A DNA stretch of 15,821 nt. Origin: a virus. Lineage: Duplodnaviria; Heunggongvirae; Uroviricota; Caudoviricetes. Shown piece by piece: positions 1 to 7,152 of this stretch. Each line of letters begins with the position of its first letter. Position 1 is the first letter of the stretch. Made by a program: the position numbers and the translations under genes. Location of the stretch: IMG/VR virus record IMGVR_UViG_3300035698_027074; one strand, 5' to 3'. The notes under the pieces are model-generated. The model did no database searches. It was not told the origin of the DNA and saw nothing but the letters and a program-made list of their open reading frames with translations.

Positions 1-310
1 AGAAATTCTCATCAGTATCAGTTGCTATTGCTATTAATCCAGAAATACATCCTGATACTTCACAATAGATATAAGATTCATTTATTCCATTAAACCAATA
101 AATATCTCTGTCTCCAACTTTTCCAGTGTCATTAACAGATAAAGGATATTCAGTTGTTGTGAAATTATTGTAAATTGGATACCTATAAGGAAGAGTTTCA
201 TTCCACCAAGCCCAAATTGGTTCCATTATAAAGAAAGATGTTAATAAAAATGTGAAAATAAAAAATAGTTTAATCTTAATGAAATCTTTTTTAGATATTG
301 TTGTATTCAT
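1..310 (-). CDS. Secreted DUF2341-like protein, N-terminal part (runs off the left edge; not in the supplied ORF track)
   Basis: Manual translation from ATG at 310 is open to base 1: MNTTISKKDFIKIKLFFIFTFLLTSFFIMEPIWAWWNETLPYRYPIYNNFTTTEYPLSVNDTGKVGDRDIYWFNGINESYIYCEVSGC... Signal peptide followed by WWNxxxxYRxPI, which resembles the N-terminal motif of DUF2341 proteins. Sequons NET, NFT, NDT, NES. Confidence 0.72.
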   Translation of the reverse strand, partial: MNTTISKKDFIKIKLFFIFTFLLTSFFIMEPIWAWWNETLPYRYPIYNNFTTTEYPLSVNDTGKVGDRDIYWFNGINESYIYCEVSGCISGLIAIATDTDENF

Positions 311-363
311 GATTAAAACCCTTTCCTAACTTCACATCAGTTACCTTTATATATTAGTTTGTT

Positions 364-373
364 TAATTAATTA
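364..373. promoter_or_regulatory. TAATTAATTA palindrome upstream of the 1..310 gene
   Basis: Exact 10-bp palindrome 54-63 nt upstream of ATG 310; ATATATAAAG TATA-like box lies between it and the start. Confidence 0.5.
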
Positions 374-474
374 TATAGAAAAAGTTTGGATTGGCCTTAA
401 TAGTATATAAATCTCAAATGACCCCCATCGACTGAGATTCTTTTTTATTATTCTAACATTATTTATTAGTTTCT

Positions 475-1401
475 CTATATATAAACTTTAGTTCCTCCCA
501 ATGTCAACAGTCTAACAAAAAAATGACGTTTCTTCCTCTTTTTTGTAATTGAGCCTTTGCCACTTAATTCCGATATTGCAACATTGAAACCACCTATAAA
601 AATGACTATTCCTAATATCGGTAACAACACTGAAAACCAATTAACTGGAACATTATGTAAATGATAACCAAGATTATTAAATCCATGCCACACCATTGGT
701 AGAACGAGATTTTTTATAGTATATACCCATATCAAGTTGAAGAACGCAAACTCTGCTACGTCAATTGTCGCGGAAAGATTCGCAAGACCATATCTGAACC
801 AATGATAACCAACCCACATACTTGTCCCGACTATCAAGAAACCAACCACAGCCATAACTTCTGCAATTCTTTTACCTTTCTTTCCACCAAACATATAATA
901 AAATAATGTATATCCAAATAATGATGGTGCAACACCAAACCATGCATAATTTTCAATAAAACCTGCAGTCACGGATATAAGACCATTTCCTATAGGTCCC
1001 AGACCAACAACACTATATTCTGGTGCTTCTATTGTTTCAAAACCACCTTTTGCTTGGAAAAATATTATAATTCCCCAAAGAAAAACAAAGGAATAAACTG
1101 TTATTTTAACCCATGTTGGTAAACGATTAAACCATGAATCTTCAAAAACAATTGTTTCAAACATTTCTCTTTTTTTCTTTTTTCCTTTAGAATCCGTTTC
1201 TACAAGTACCGTATCACCAACTGTGACAACAAGAGAAATCAATCCAAGTATAGAGAACCAAATAGAATAAGAAAACATTCTTTTCTCAGATTCAGTTTCA
1301 TAATAAACATATTTAGCTGATAAAATACCCATAATAAAGAGGCAGGCTACCAATGTAATCAAAAATCCAATCTTTATTGGGAGTGTTCGTTCAAAGGTCA
1401 T
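475..1401 (-). CDS. CPBP (Abi/CAAX/Rce1-like) intramembrane metalloprotease, divergent
   Basis: Multi-pass hydrophobic protein. GFIENYAWFG corresponds to motif 1 (canonical EExxxR), MWVGYH to FxxxH, and MVWHGFNN to HxxxN, in the expected order. Basic C-terminal tail. Confidence 0.72.
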   Translation of the reverse strand: MTFERTLPIKIGFLITLVACLFIMGILSAKYVYYETESEKRMFSYSIWFSILGLISLVVTVGDTVLVETDSKGKKKKREMFETIVFEDSWFNRLPTWVKITVYSFVFLWGIIIFFQAKGGFETIEAPEYSVVGLGPIGNGLISVTAGFIENYAWFGVAPSLFGYTLFYYMFGGKKGKRIAEVMAVVGFLIVGTSMWVGYHWFRYGLANLSATIDVAEFAFFNLIWVYTIKNLVLPMVWHGFNNLGYHLHNVPVNWFSVLLPILGIVIFIGGFNVAISELSGKGSITKKRKKRHFFVRLLTLGGTKVYI

Positions 1402-1440
1402 AATTATCTAATTAATTATCTATACTTATGACTATTTAAA
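1402..1440 (-). promoter_or_regulatory. Archaeal-type promoter: TTTAAATA TATA box plus TAATTAATTA palindrome
   Basis: Minus strand reads TTTAAATAGTCATAAGTATAGATAATTAATTAGATAATT-ATG. TATA at 1433-1440, palindrome at 1409-1418. Confidence 0.75.
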
Positions 1441-1908
1441 TTATTTTGATGCCTTTTTCCATATTCGCCCAAAAAAGTAAACGAGTGTAGCCCACCAAAC
1501 CTTCGATGATGCATTATCTAACCAAACAACCCATCCGTTTGACCAGTAAGTATCCATTCCATGAGATGTACGATAAAGAGTTGTCCAAATATCAAGACCA
1601 ACGAATGAAATGAACACTAACAAAACTATTATATCCAAACCAGGACCTCTAACGACAGTAAATAAACGACCAAAGAAATATACTAAAGTAACCCACCAAA
1701 CTTTTGTTGATGCATTATCTAACCAAACAACCCATCCGTTTGACCAGTAAGTATCCATTCCATGAGATGTTCTCATGGAGGTTGTTCCTAAATCAACAAT
1801 AAGAGATAATGCAAATATTATTAAAATTGATAAATCTAACCAAGAGAATGTTTTCCCAAATAAAACCTTGAACAATTTACTTCTTTTTTTCTTCCGTCTC
1901 TTTGACAT
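1441..1908 (-). CDS. Membrane protein with a tandem 67-aa internal repeat and basic N-terminus
   Basis: RTSHGMDTYWSNGWVVWLDNAS[TS]KVWW[VA]TLVYFFGR occurs twice; hydrophobic segments; N-terminal MSKRRKKKRSK; has its own promoter. Confidence 0.85.
   Translation of the reverse strand: MSKRRKKKRSKLFKVLFGKTFSWLDLSILIIFALSLIVDLGTTSMRTSHGMDTYWSNGWVVWLDNASTKVWWVTLVYFFGRLFTVVRGPGLDIIVLLVFISFVGLDIWTTLYRTSHGMDTYWSNGWVVWLDNASSKVWWATLVYFFGRIWKKASK
1507..1770. repeat. Perfect 63-bp direct repeat (1507-1569 = 1708-1770) inside the 155-aa gene
   Basis: tgatgcattatctaaccaaacaacccatccgtttgaccagtaagtatccattccatgagatgt appears twice, offset 201 bp (67 codons). Confidence 0.95.
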
Positions 1909-1947
1909 AATTATCTAATTAATTATATATTGTCAGAACTATTTAAA
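1909..1947 (-). promoter_or_regulatory. Archaeal-type promoter, near copy of 1402-1440
   Basis: Minus strand reads TTTAAATAGTTCTGACAATATATAATTAATTAGATAATT-ATG. Same 39-nt geometry; palindrome at 1916-1925. Confidence 0.75.
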
Positions 1948-1948
1948 G

Positions 1949-2173
1949 TTAAGTCCACCTTCTAGAAGATGATTGAGAAGAACTTCTTACTTTGTGTTTT
2001 GGACCTCTCTTTCTTAGGGTTATTTTTTTAATTTGATACTTTCCTCTAATCTTTCTTATCATCACTGGGACTTTCTTTTTAACTAGTCTACCATTGATTG
2101 ATACGGACATTATTCTCTCTGTCCTTTGCCATCTATTTGTTATCTTTTTTAATCTTCGAATTTTTTTTACCAT
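1949..2173 (-). CDS. Small, highly basic protein (74 aa), putative nucleic-acid-binding or nucleoprotein
   Basis: ATG at 2173 (MVKKIRRLKK...) preferred over TTG 2182. 27 of 74 residues are K/R with one acidic residue; Ser-rich tail; has its own promoter. Confidence 0.72.
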   Translation of the reverse strand: MVKKIRRLKKITNRWQRTERIMSVSINGRLVKKKVPVMIRKIRGKYQIKKITLRKRGPKHKVRSSSQSSSRRWT

Positions 2174-2218
2174 AATACTCAACTAATTAATTATATATTA
2201 ACAATTGAAATATTTAAA
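2174..2218 (-). promoter_or_regulatory. Promoter with TTTAAATA and TAATTAATTA palindrome
   Basis: Minus strand reads TTTAAATATTTCAATTGTTAATATATAATTAATTAGTTGAGTATT-ATG; palindrome at 2184-2193. Confidence 0.68.
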
Positions 2219-2240
2219 TGTATTGTTCTTAGGAATATTC

Positions 2241-2525
2241 TCAAGGTTTGAACGTTTTACTAAAACCAAGTAGTAAATCATTGAATGGGAGTTTCATATG
2301 AATTCCAAGAGCTGTAAAACTCAATGATACAAAAAATACTAGAAGTAATAATGTTAAATATAAAATTATTTTTTTGGACTGTAACTCAAACATACCAGAG
2401 ACATAAAACAGAACTATACAAAGTGTTCCAATCATTGAAAGACCAGCTATGGGTTTCTCTGCAACAATTTTAGCAACTTCCCCAAATAAACTGAGTCCTT
2501 TACTAATCAAACCTTCCATTTCCAT
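2241..2525 (-). CDS. Small membrane protein (about 2 TM helices), unknown function
   Basis: 94-aa ORF abutting the stop of the upstream gene; two long hydrophobic segments. Confidence 0.75.
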   Translation of the reverse strand: MEMEGLISKGLSLFGEVAKIVAEKPIAGLSMIGTLCIVLFYVSGMFELQSKKIILYLTLLLLVFFVSLSFTALGIHMKLPFNDLLLGFSKTFKP

Positions 2526-3227
2526 CTATCCTTTCACCTTCAAAAATGTTATAATGAACACTACCAATGATATTAATCCGAGAAAAGCACCAATAACAAA
2601 TGTTGGTTTAAATATATCATATGGTATCTTTACTCTTTTTATTTTACCATCTTCATTTACCTGTGGGACATTAATTGGAAATTCTTCAAGACATTTCTCT
2701 GCACCACGATTTTCTGCTTCTTTTGAAATAAATATTCCACCGAATTTATATATACCCCAAAATAATACAAAAATAACGAGAATTATTGCTACAAGTGCTG
2801 GTTTCTTCTTAACAAATGGAACTATTGCAAATAAAGTCAGGAAAATTGTCATAGCAGTAGCGAAACCAATGTCGTCACCACTAAACCATGGAATTGGTCT
2901 TCCTTTTATGAAAACCAGACCGATAACGGAAAATATAATGAAAAATATTATAAATGAAACTACTTTCAATACACCTTTCTTCATTATTTCCCATACAAAA
3001 AGTGTCAATATTACTGACAATATAATACTAAAAACAATTATATGTAAGATGTCTGCTATCACAATGGGTGATGCCAACATCCCACCAACACCACACATAA
3101 AATTAGATACTATTTCATTATAATCTGGAAGTATTTTTGAAAAGATGAAAGGACCAAAAAGAAAGGTCAAAAGACTAACTACTGTAATTATGAATAATGA
3201 CCAACCTATTAATTTTTTAAATACCAT
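2526..3227 (-). CDS. Multi-pass membrane protein (about 6 TM), unknown function
   Basis: 233 aa of alternating hydrophobic helices and Lys-rich loops; own promoter; coupled to the next gene. Confidence 0.82.
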   Translation of the reverse strand: MVFKKLIGWSLFIITVVSLLTFLFGPFIFSKILPDYNEIVSNFMCGVGGMLASPIVIADILHIIVFSIILSVILTLFVWEIMKKGVLKVVSFIIFFIIFSVIGLVFIKGRPIPWFSGDDIGFATAMTIFLTLFAIVPFVKKKPALVAIILVIFVLFWGIYKFGGIFISKEAENRGAEKCLEEFPINVPQVNEDGKIKRVKIPYDIFKPTFVIGAFLGLISLVVFIITFLKVKG

Positions 3228-3268
3228 ATAACAACCTAATTAATTATCTTAATTCCTGAATATATATT
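3228..3268 (-). promoter_or_regulatory. Promoter with AATATATA box and TAATTAATTA palindrome
   Basis: Minus strand reads AATATATATTCAGGAATTAAGATAATTAATTAGGTTGTTAT-ATG. Palindrome at 3237-3246, with the same 14-nt gap to the TATA as at 1409 and 1916. Confidence 0.65.
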
Positions 3269-3563
3269 ACTTTTTCTTCCATTTATTCTTATAACCTATC
3301 CTCCAACCAAGTTTATTTAAAACATTGTTTATAATTGTTATTTCTTTACTATCTCCTTTTATCCTATTTTCACACCAAAATATGTCGGTTTCTAATTTAT
3401 CCAGTCCTTTGAGGTCTTTTGAATTAACTCTTTGCATTTTCAATGAAAATAGTTTTTTCTTCTCCTCCTCGATTCCTTCATTGAGTCCTTTGATTAAACT
3501 CTCTAATTCATCCACAAAGTCCTGTGGGTCACATCCTTCTAAATATTCTTTATGTTCCGCCAT
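3267..3563 (-). CDS. Hypothetical coiled-coil protein
   Basis: 98-aa charged, helical ORF overlapping the ruvC stop; AGGTAG SD-like site upstream. Confidence 0.75.
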   Translation of the reverse strand: MAEHKEYLEGCDPQDFVDELESLIKGLNEGIEEEKKKLFSLKMQRVNSKDLKGLDKLETDIFWCENRIKGDSKEITIINNVLNKLGWRIGYKNKWKKK

Positions 3564-4074
3564 TTTTATCTACCTTTTTGAAACATTCTACCTTTTTAGT
3601 AGAGTATTTTTTCCCTTCTTTCCATTCCATATATTCCTTGTAAAGTTGATAAAGACTGAAAGCGTCTGCAATGTTGTTATCTATAGTTTCAAAACCATAG
3701 TTCTTGTAACAATAGAGTAACATAACTTCCTTTTTACTGTTTCCTTTTCCAGTCATGAACATTTTTAATTTTGTTGGAGGAATCAATATTAACTTCAAAC
3801 CCATATCATGACAAACAATTTTAATCATACCACCCAATTCACCCAAGAATGCACCTCTGAATTTACTTCCAAAAGAATAATTCTCCATCACAACGATAGT
3901 GGGTTTGTACTTTTTGAATATTTCTTTCAATTCCTCTCTTATTTCAATTATTCTCCTTATATCTCCAAGTTCTCTTTTTTTTGGTTTAATCACACCATAA
4001 TTCTCTCTATCAACAAACCATCCAGTACCAGTTATTGATTGGTCTATTCCAATTATGATTTCTTTCTTTGTCAT
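3550..4074 (-). CDS. ruvC: RuvC-like Holliday junction resolvase (viral type)
   Basis: IIIGIDQSITGTGW (D7), IVVMENYSF (E66), IPPTKLKMFMTGKGNSKKE and NNIADA motifs of the RuvC family. Start moved to ATG 4074, 4 nt after the upstream stop. Confidence 0.88.
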   Translation of the reverse strand: MTKKEIIIGIDQSITGTGWFVDRENYGVIKPKKRELGDIRRIIEIREELKEIFKKYKPTIVVMENYSFGSKFRGAFLGELGGMIKIVCHDMGLKLILIPPTKLKMFMTGKGNSKKEVMLLYCYKNYGFETIDNNIADAFSLYQLYKEYMEWKEGKKYSTKKVECFKKVDKNGGT

Positions 4075-4078
4075 ATCA

Positions 4079-4285
4079 TCAACCATTAAATTTTTCCCAG
4101 TAGTCAATCATTTTTGTTTTTTCAGAATTATCTTCCATTTTTATCAAAAATTTTAATAATACTAAAACTAAAAATTCACCTATCAACCATGGAATAATTT
4201 TCATCTCAAAAATTAAGGAAATTCCCCACCAGATAAAACTAAATATTACTACGAACAACAAATCCAATTCCCGTAATATTCCCAT
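4079..4285 (-). CDS. Small membrane protein (2 TM)
   Basis: 68-aa ORF tightly packed in the operon; two hydrophobic segments. Confidence 0.7.
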   Translation of the reverse strand: MGILRELDLLFVVIFSFIWWGISLIFEMKIIPWLIGEFLVLVLLKFLIKMEDNSEKTKMIDYWEKFNG

Positions 4286-4286
4286 T

Positions 4287-4889
4287 TTACCACCTACTTT
4301 TCTTTGTACCTGGTCCTGTCACTTCCCCAGTTTCTTCTGTTGTTTCATACCCAATTTCAGTTTTTACAACAGGTTTAAATCTTCTTGAATCAATATCATA
4401 CCCTATCCTTTTTTTCAACATTACTTCAACTTTATGAAGTGGGTTGTTTATTAATTCTTTTGAAGGATAATCATACCAGTCCCACATATCCATTTTCCCA
4501 TCTTTTGGTTTTGAGACAATGAACACTATCAATTGATTATTTTTGGAACGTCTTATCTTAAATCCCCAATATATTCTTCCAGCGTACATGTCTTCCAATG
4601 TTCTTGCCCTAGATTCAGGAAAATAAAATTTTTCATCTCCACTTGTGTAAATATTCCTTTTTAACCAATCTTCACCAAAATTCATTGCGTGTTCCATCAT
4701 TGAACCTTTACTTTCTTCTACTTTTGGAGGTTTTGATACAAAATATGTTATCAAACCCATTACAAAAATGAAAATTGCAACACCAATAATTATCCATATG
4801 TTCTTAATGAAACCCATGAGATAGAATGATAACACAAAGACAAACAGTGCTGAGAAAACTATGAGTAATTTCACTATTGAAAATCCCAT
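4287..4889 (-). CDS. Membrane-anchored protein (2 N-terminal TM plus soluble domain), unknown function
   Basis: Start set to ATG 4889 (GGGTGATAAA-ATG Shine-Dalgarno), which removes the overlap with the upstream gene. Confidence 0.8.
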   Translation of the reverse strand: MGFSIVKLLIVFSALFVFVLSFYLMGFIKNIWIIIGVAIFIFVMGLITYFVSKPPKVEESKGSMMEHAMNFGEDWLKRNIYTSGDEKFYFPESRARTLEDMYAGRIYWGFKIRRSKNNQLIVFIVSKPKDGKMDMWDWYDYPSKELINNPLHKVEVMLKKRIGYDIDSRRFKPVVKTEIGYETTEETGEVTGPGTKKSRW

Positions 4890-4893
4890 TTTA

Positions 4894-5091
4894 TCACCCG
4901 AACACACAACCAACCATTGTCTCTGCTAAAAATTTGATTAGAAATGCGAAAACAGCTGTCATAAATGTCCCACTGATAATAATACCAGCTATGTTTTTTG
5001 AGAAAAACTTATACGTTATTATTTGTGTCAACAAAATGATAAAGTTAGCGAAAAGATATGGAATCCATAAATCACAGGTCATTCGACCCAC
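4894..5091 (-). CDS. Small membrane protein (2 TM)
   Basis: 65-aa hydrophobic ORF filling the gap between neighbours with a short overlap; GGGGGTGGG SD-like site upstream. Confidence 0.65.
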   Translation of the reverse strand: MGRMTCDLWIPYLFANFIILLTQIITYKFFSKNIAGIIISGTFMTAVFAFLIKFLAETMVGCVFG

Positions 5092-5354
5092 CCCCTAAAT
5101 AGACGTTTAATTTTCGCGTACCCCAAGAAGGCTACCACCATATAGTCCCCACTCCCAAACTCAGTTATTATTTTATCTTGGATGAAATTTTTCCATTTTG
5201 TCTCATCCCAAAGAATTTTCTCACGGTCTTCGTCTTGATTCTTGTAAATGTATCTCCCATCTATCTTTGTACAAAACTTTTTTCCATAAAATTTATCACC
5301 CGAACTGGGTTCTCTTAATTTTTGTATTACAACTGTTGCGATTTTTCTCACCAT
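5079..5354 (-). CDS. Hypothetical protein
   Basis: 91-aa ORF with protein-like composition, same strand as neighbours. Confidence 0.75.
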   Translation of the reverse strand: MVRKIATVVIQKLREPSSGDKFYGKKFCTKIDGRYIYKNQDEDREKILWDETKWKNFIQDKIITEFGSGDYMVVAFLGYAKIKRLFRGWVE

Positions 5355-5461
5355 CCATTCTTATTTTTAATTTTTTTTATCATTGATACTTTGCAACAGT
5401 GATTGCAAAACTTGTGTTTAATAACCAATGATAATTTTTGATATATTTTAACTATCACCAT
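5348..5461 (-). CDS. Possible 37-aa small ORF with CNHCC motif
   Basis: MVIVKIYQKLSLVIKHKFCNHCCKVSMIKKIKNKNGW*. Its stop overlaps the start of the 5079..5354 gene. Below the ORF-track length cutoff and could be spurious. Confidence 0.3.
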   Translation of the reverse strand: MVIVKIYQKLSLVIKHKFCNHCCKVSMIKKIKNKNGW

Positions 5462-5511
5462 TAAAATATTTTAATAACCCCTGATACATATTGAAATTTA
5501 TATTATATATG

Positions 5512-5537
5512 ATTCTCATGAGAAAATTCATGAGAAT
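5512..5537. promoter_or_regulatory. Perfect 10-bp inverted repeat ATTCTCATGA-N6-TCATGAGAAT, candidate operator or terminator
   Basis: Seen directly. Sits between the stop of the 368-aa gene and a downstream ATATATAATATAAA TATA-like tract on the minus strand. Confidence 0.5.
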
Positions 5538-6643
5538 TATTCTTCTACAAATTCATCCAATTCATCTAATTCTTCTATATCATCTCCTGTTTCTTCTAAA
5601 TTATTATCATTTGTCTCAATAACATCTGGTTCAGGTATATCAACCAAACCTTTTTTCCCAAGTCGATACTTTTTCTTAACACGATAATATGTTGGTGTTG
5701 AACAACCAGTTACATCTAATATATGTTTCTTCCTTATACCTGGAAAATTTTCAAGTAAATATTCTATTTTCTCACTTGGTTTCATATCATCTGGGAAATA
5801 CATCTCTTCTGGGTTTTCAGGATATATTTTTTTCCCCTTTTTATGGAATTTTGGAGCATCTCCAACATATTTCTGCTTATCTTTTTTTAATTTGGTCTTT
5901 TCCTTTGATTTTGGTTCTTCTGGAATTGGTTCTGGTTGTTGTTCTTCAACTCGAATAGGAACTTTTTCCTTTATTGCTGGTGTTGGTGGTAATGGAACAC
6001 CTTTTCCTTGAGAATTACTCAAGAGTCGTTCCAACTGTTCATTTGTTAATGTAACTCCTTGTGGTCTGAATTGTTGTAATGATTGTTGTGGGTTCGGACC
6101 AATTACTGTTTTGAGTAGTCCTAGTAATTCGTCTCTTGATTTTTCACCAATATCTTCTGCTCTCTTCAAAGTTTTATCATACATTTCTGAGACAACATCA
6201 TATTTTGCTTTCTCAATTTCTGAATATTCCACATCCTTGTTTAATTGTAAACTCCTGACCAACAAGTTATATAATATCTGATTTTCTATACATCTTGATG
6301 AATATGATGACATTAATGATTTAAGAGCATCCCAAAAAAATAAAAGTGCTTTTTTATATGGGTCTGTATTTCTTAGTCTTTCTGTTGCAACACTTTCAGT
6401 TCCTTCATATTCTTCTTCTCCTTCTTCCCATTTATTCAAACAAACATCTAAAGAATTTTGTGTGTTAGACTGAAGAACAGATATTGTTGACATTACTGAA
6501 TCTGCAAATTTTGGAAAATTCATTATATTAAAACTTCTCAAATCACCATCTAATATTTCTCGTAACTTTGGGTTTTGGAGTAAAATATTACTTTGAACTT
6601 CCCTAACTTCTTTTGGTTGACCTTCCAATATTGTTTTTTTCAT
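5537..6643 (-). CDS. 368-aa protein with helical N-terminal domain, Q/P-rich linker, C-terminal HTH-like motif and acidic tail
   Basis: KIEYLLENFPGIRKKHILDVTGCSTPTYYRVKKKY fits an HTH pattern; GAGGT SD upstream; D/E-rich C-terminus. Confidence 0.75.
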   Translation of the reverse strand: MKKTILEGQPKEVREVQSNILLQNPKLREILDGDLRSFNIMNFPKFADSVMSTISVLQSNTQNSLDVCLNKWEEGEEEYEGTESVATERLRNTDPYKKALLFFWDALKSLMSSYSSRCIENQILYNLLVRSLQLNKDVEYSEIEKAKYDVVSEMYDKTLKRAEDIGEKSRDELLGLLKTVIGPNPQQSLQQFRPQGVTLTNEQLERLLSNSQGKGVPLPPTPAIKEKVPIRVEEQQPEPIPEEPKSKEKTKLKKDKQKYVGDAPKFHKKGKKIYPENPEEMYFPDDMKPSEKIEYLLENFPGIRKKHILDVTGCSTPTYYRVKKKYRLGKKGLVDIPEPDVIETNDNNLEETGDDIEELDELDEFVEE

Positions 6644-6715
6644 GTTTTTACCTCTTTATATTTATTTCAATCCTGTATTAGACTGATTATATTTTAATTA
6701 TTTAGTATTAATAAC

Positions 6716-7150
6716 TTAATACTCACCTTCATCTTTTTTTGAAGACCTTTCAGTCATTTCAGCTAATCTTTCTTTCTCTGATTTTTCCATTAATTCTCTA
6801 TCTGCTACCGCTGCTCGAGCACTTAACTCTAGTCTGGATATTTTTCTATCCAAGTCTGGTAATCTTAATTCTTCTAGTTCTTTTATCTCGTCTATACATC
6901 CCTTAAACCCACCCTCACTTCTCACTAAAATAAACAATCCATCTGGTGGATAATCTGGACCTGCGAAGGGCCCTTTCAATCCTTCTCTTGGAACATTATG
7001 AATTATTTTTGTATTATTAAATAAACTATTAAAAAATCCAGGGGGTCTGTATTCTACCCATATGAAACCTGGTGCTCTTTCTTTATCCGAACCTACATAT
7101 CTTCCATACCTTCTTGGTCTTGTCCAATCTTGAAACTCAGCATCTGACAA
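6716..7150 (-). CDS. Hypothetical protein with C-terminal coiled coil
   Basis: TTG start with GGGGAGA SD, 2 nt after the upstream stop; charged helical C-terminus. Confidence 0.75.
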   Translation of the reverse strand: MSDAEFQDWTRPRRYGRYVGSDKERAPGFIWVEYRPPGFFNSLFNNTKIIHNVPREGLKGPFAGPDYPPDGLFILVRSEGGFKGCIDEIKELEELRLPDLDRKISRLELSARAAVADRELMEKSEKERLAEMTERSSKKDEGEY

Positions 7151-7152
7151 TT

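Noticed and set aside
410-448. Hairpin AATCTCA...TGAGATT followed by a T-tract as a terminator
   Set aside because: The T-tract orientation fits a plus-strand transcript, while the flanking genes are on the minus strand; the stem is short.
1507-1770. 63-bp repeat as a DGR template/variable repeat or a CRISPR repeat
   Set aside because: Mismatches in the flanks are not adenine-specific, the A-containing core is invariant, and no reverse transcriptase is in view. There are only two copies, both in frame within a gene, with no spacer array.
1949-2525. Assignment of the basic protein to fusellovirus VP2 and of the 94-aa 2-TM protein to a spindle-virus capsid protein
   Set aside because: Only size, charge and hydrophobicity agree; I see no sequence motif supporting homology.
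2449-3123. 224-aa plus-strand ORF
   Set aside because: Antisense shadow of the two hydrophobic minus-strand genes, which have a promoter and coupled junctions; no motif of its own.
3325-5098. Plus-strand ORFs 3325..3720, 3808..4038, 4877..5098
   Set aside because: They overlap better-supported minus-strand genes (RuvC etc.) and have F/S/I-rich shadow composition.
5198-5958. ORFs 5198..5386 (-) and 5689..5958 (+)
   Set aside because: Alternate-frame or antisense overlaps of longer, more protein-like genes.
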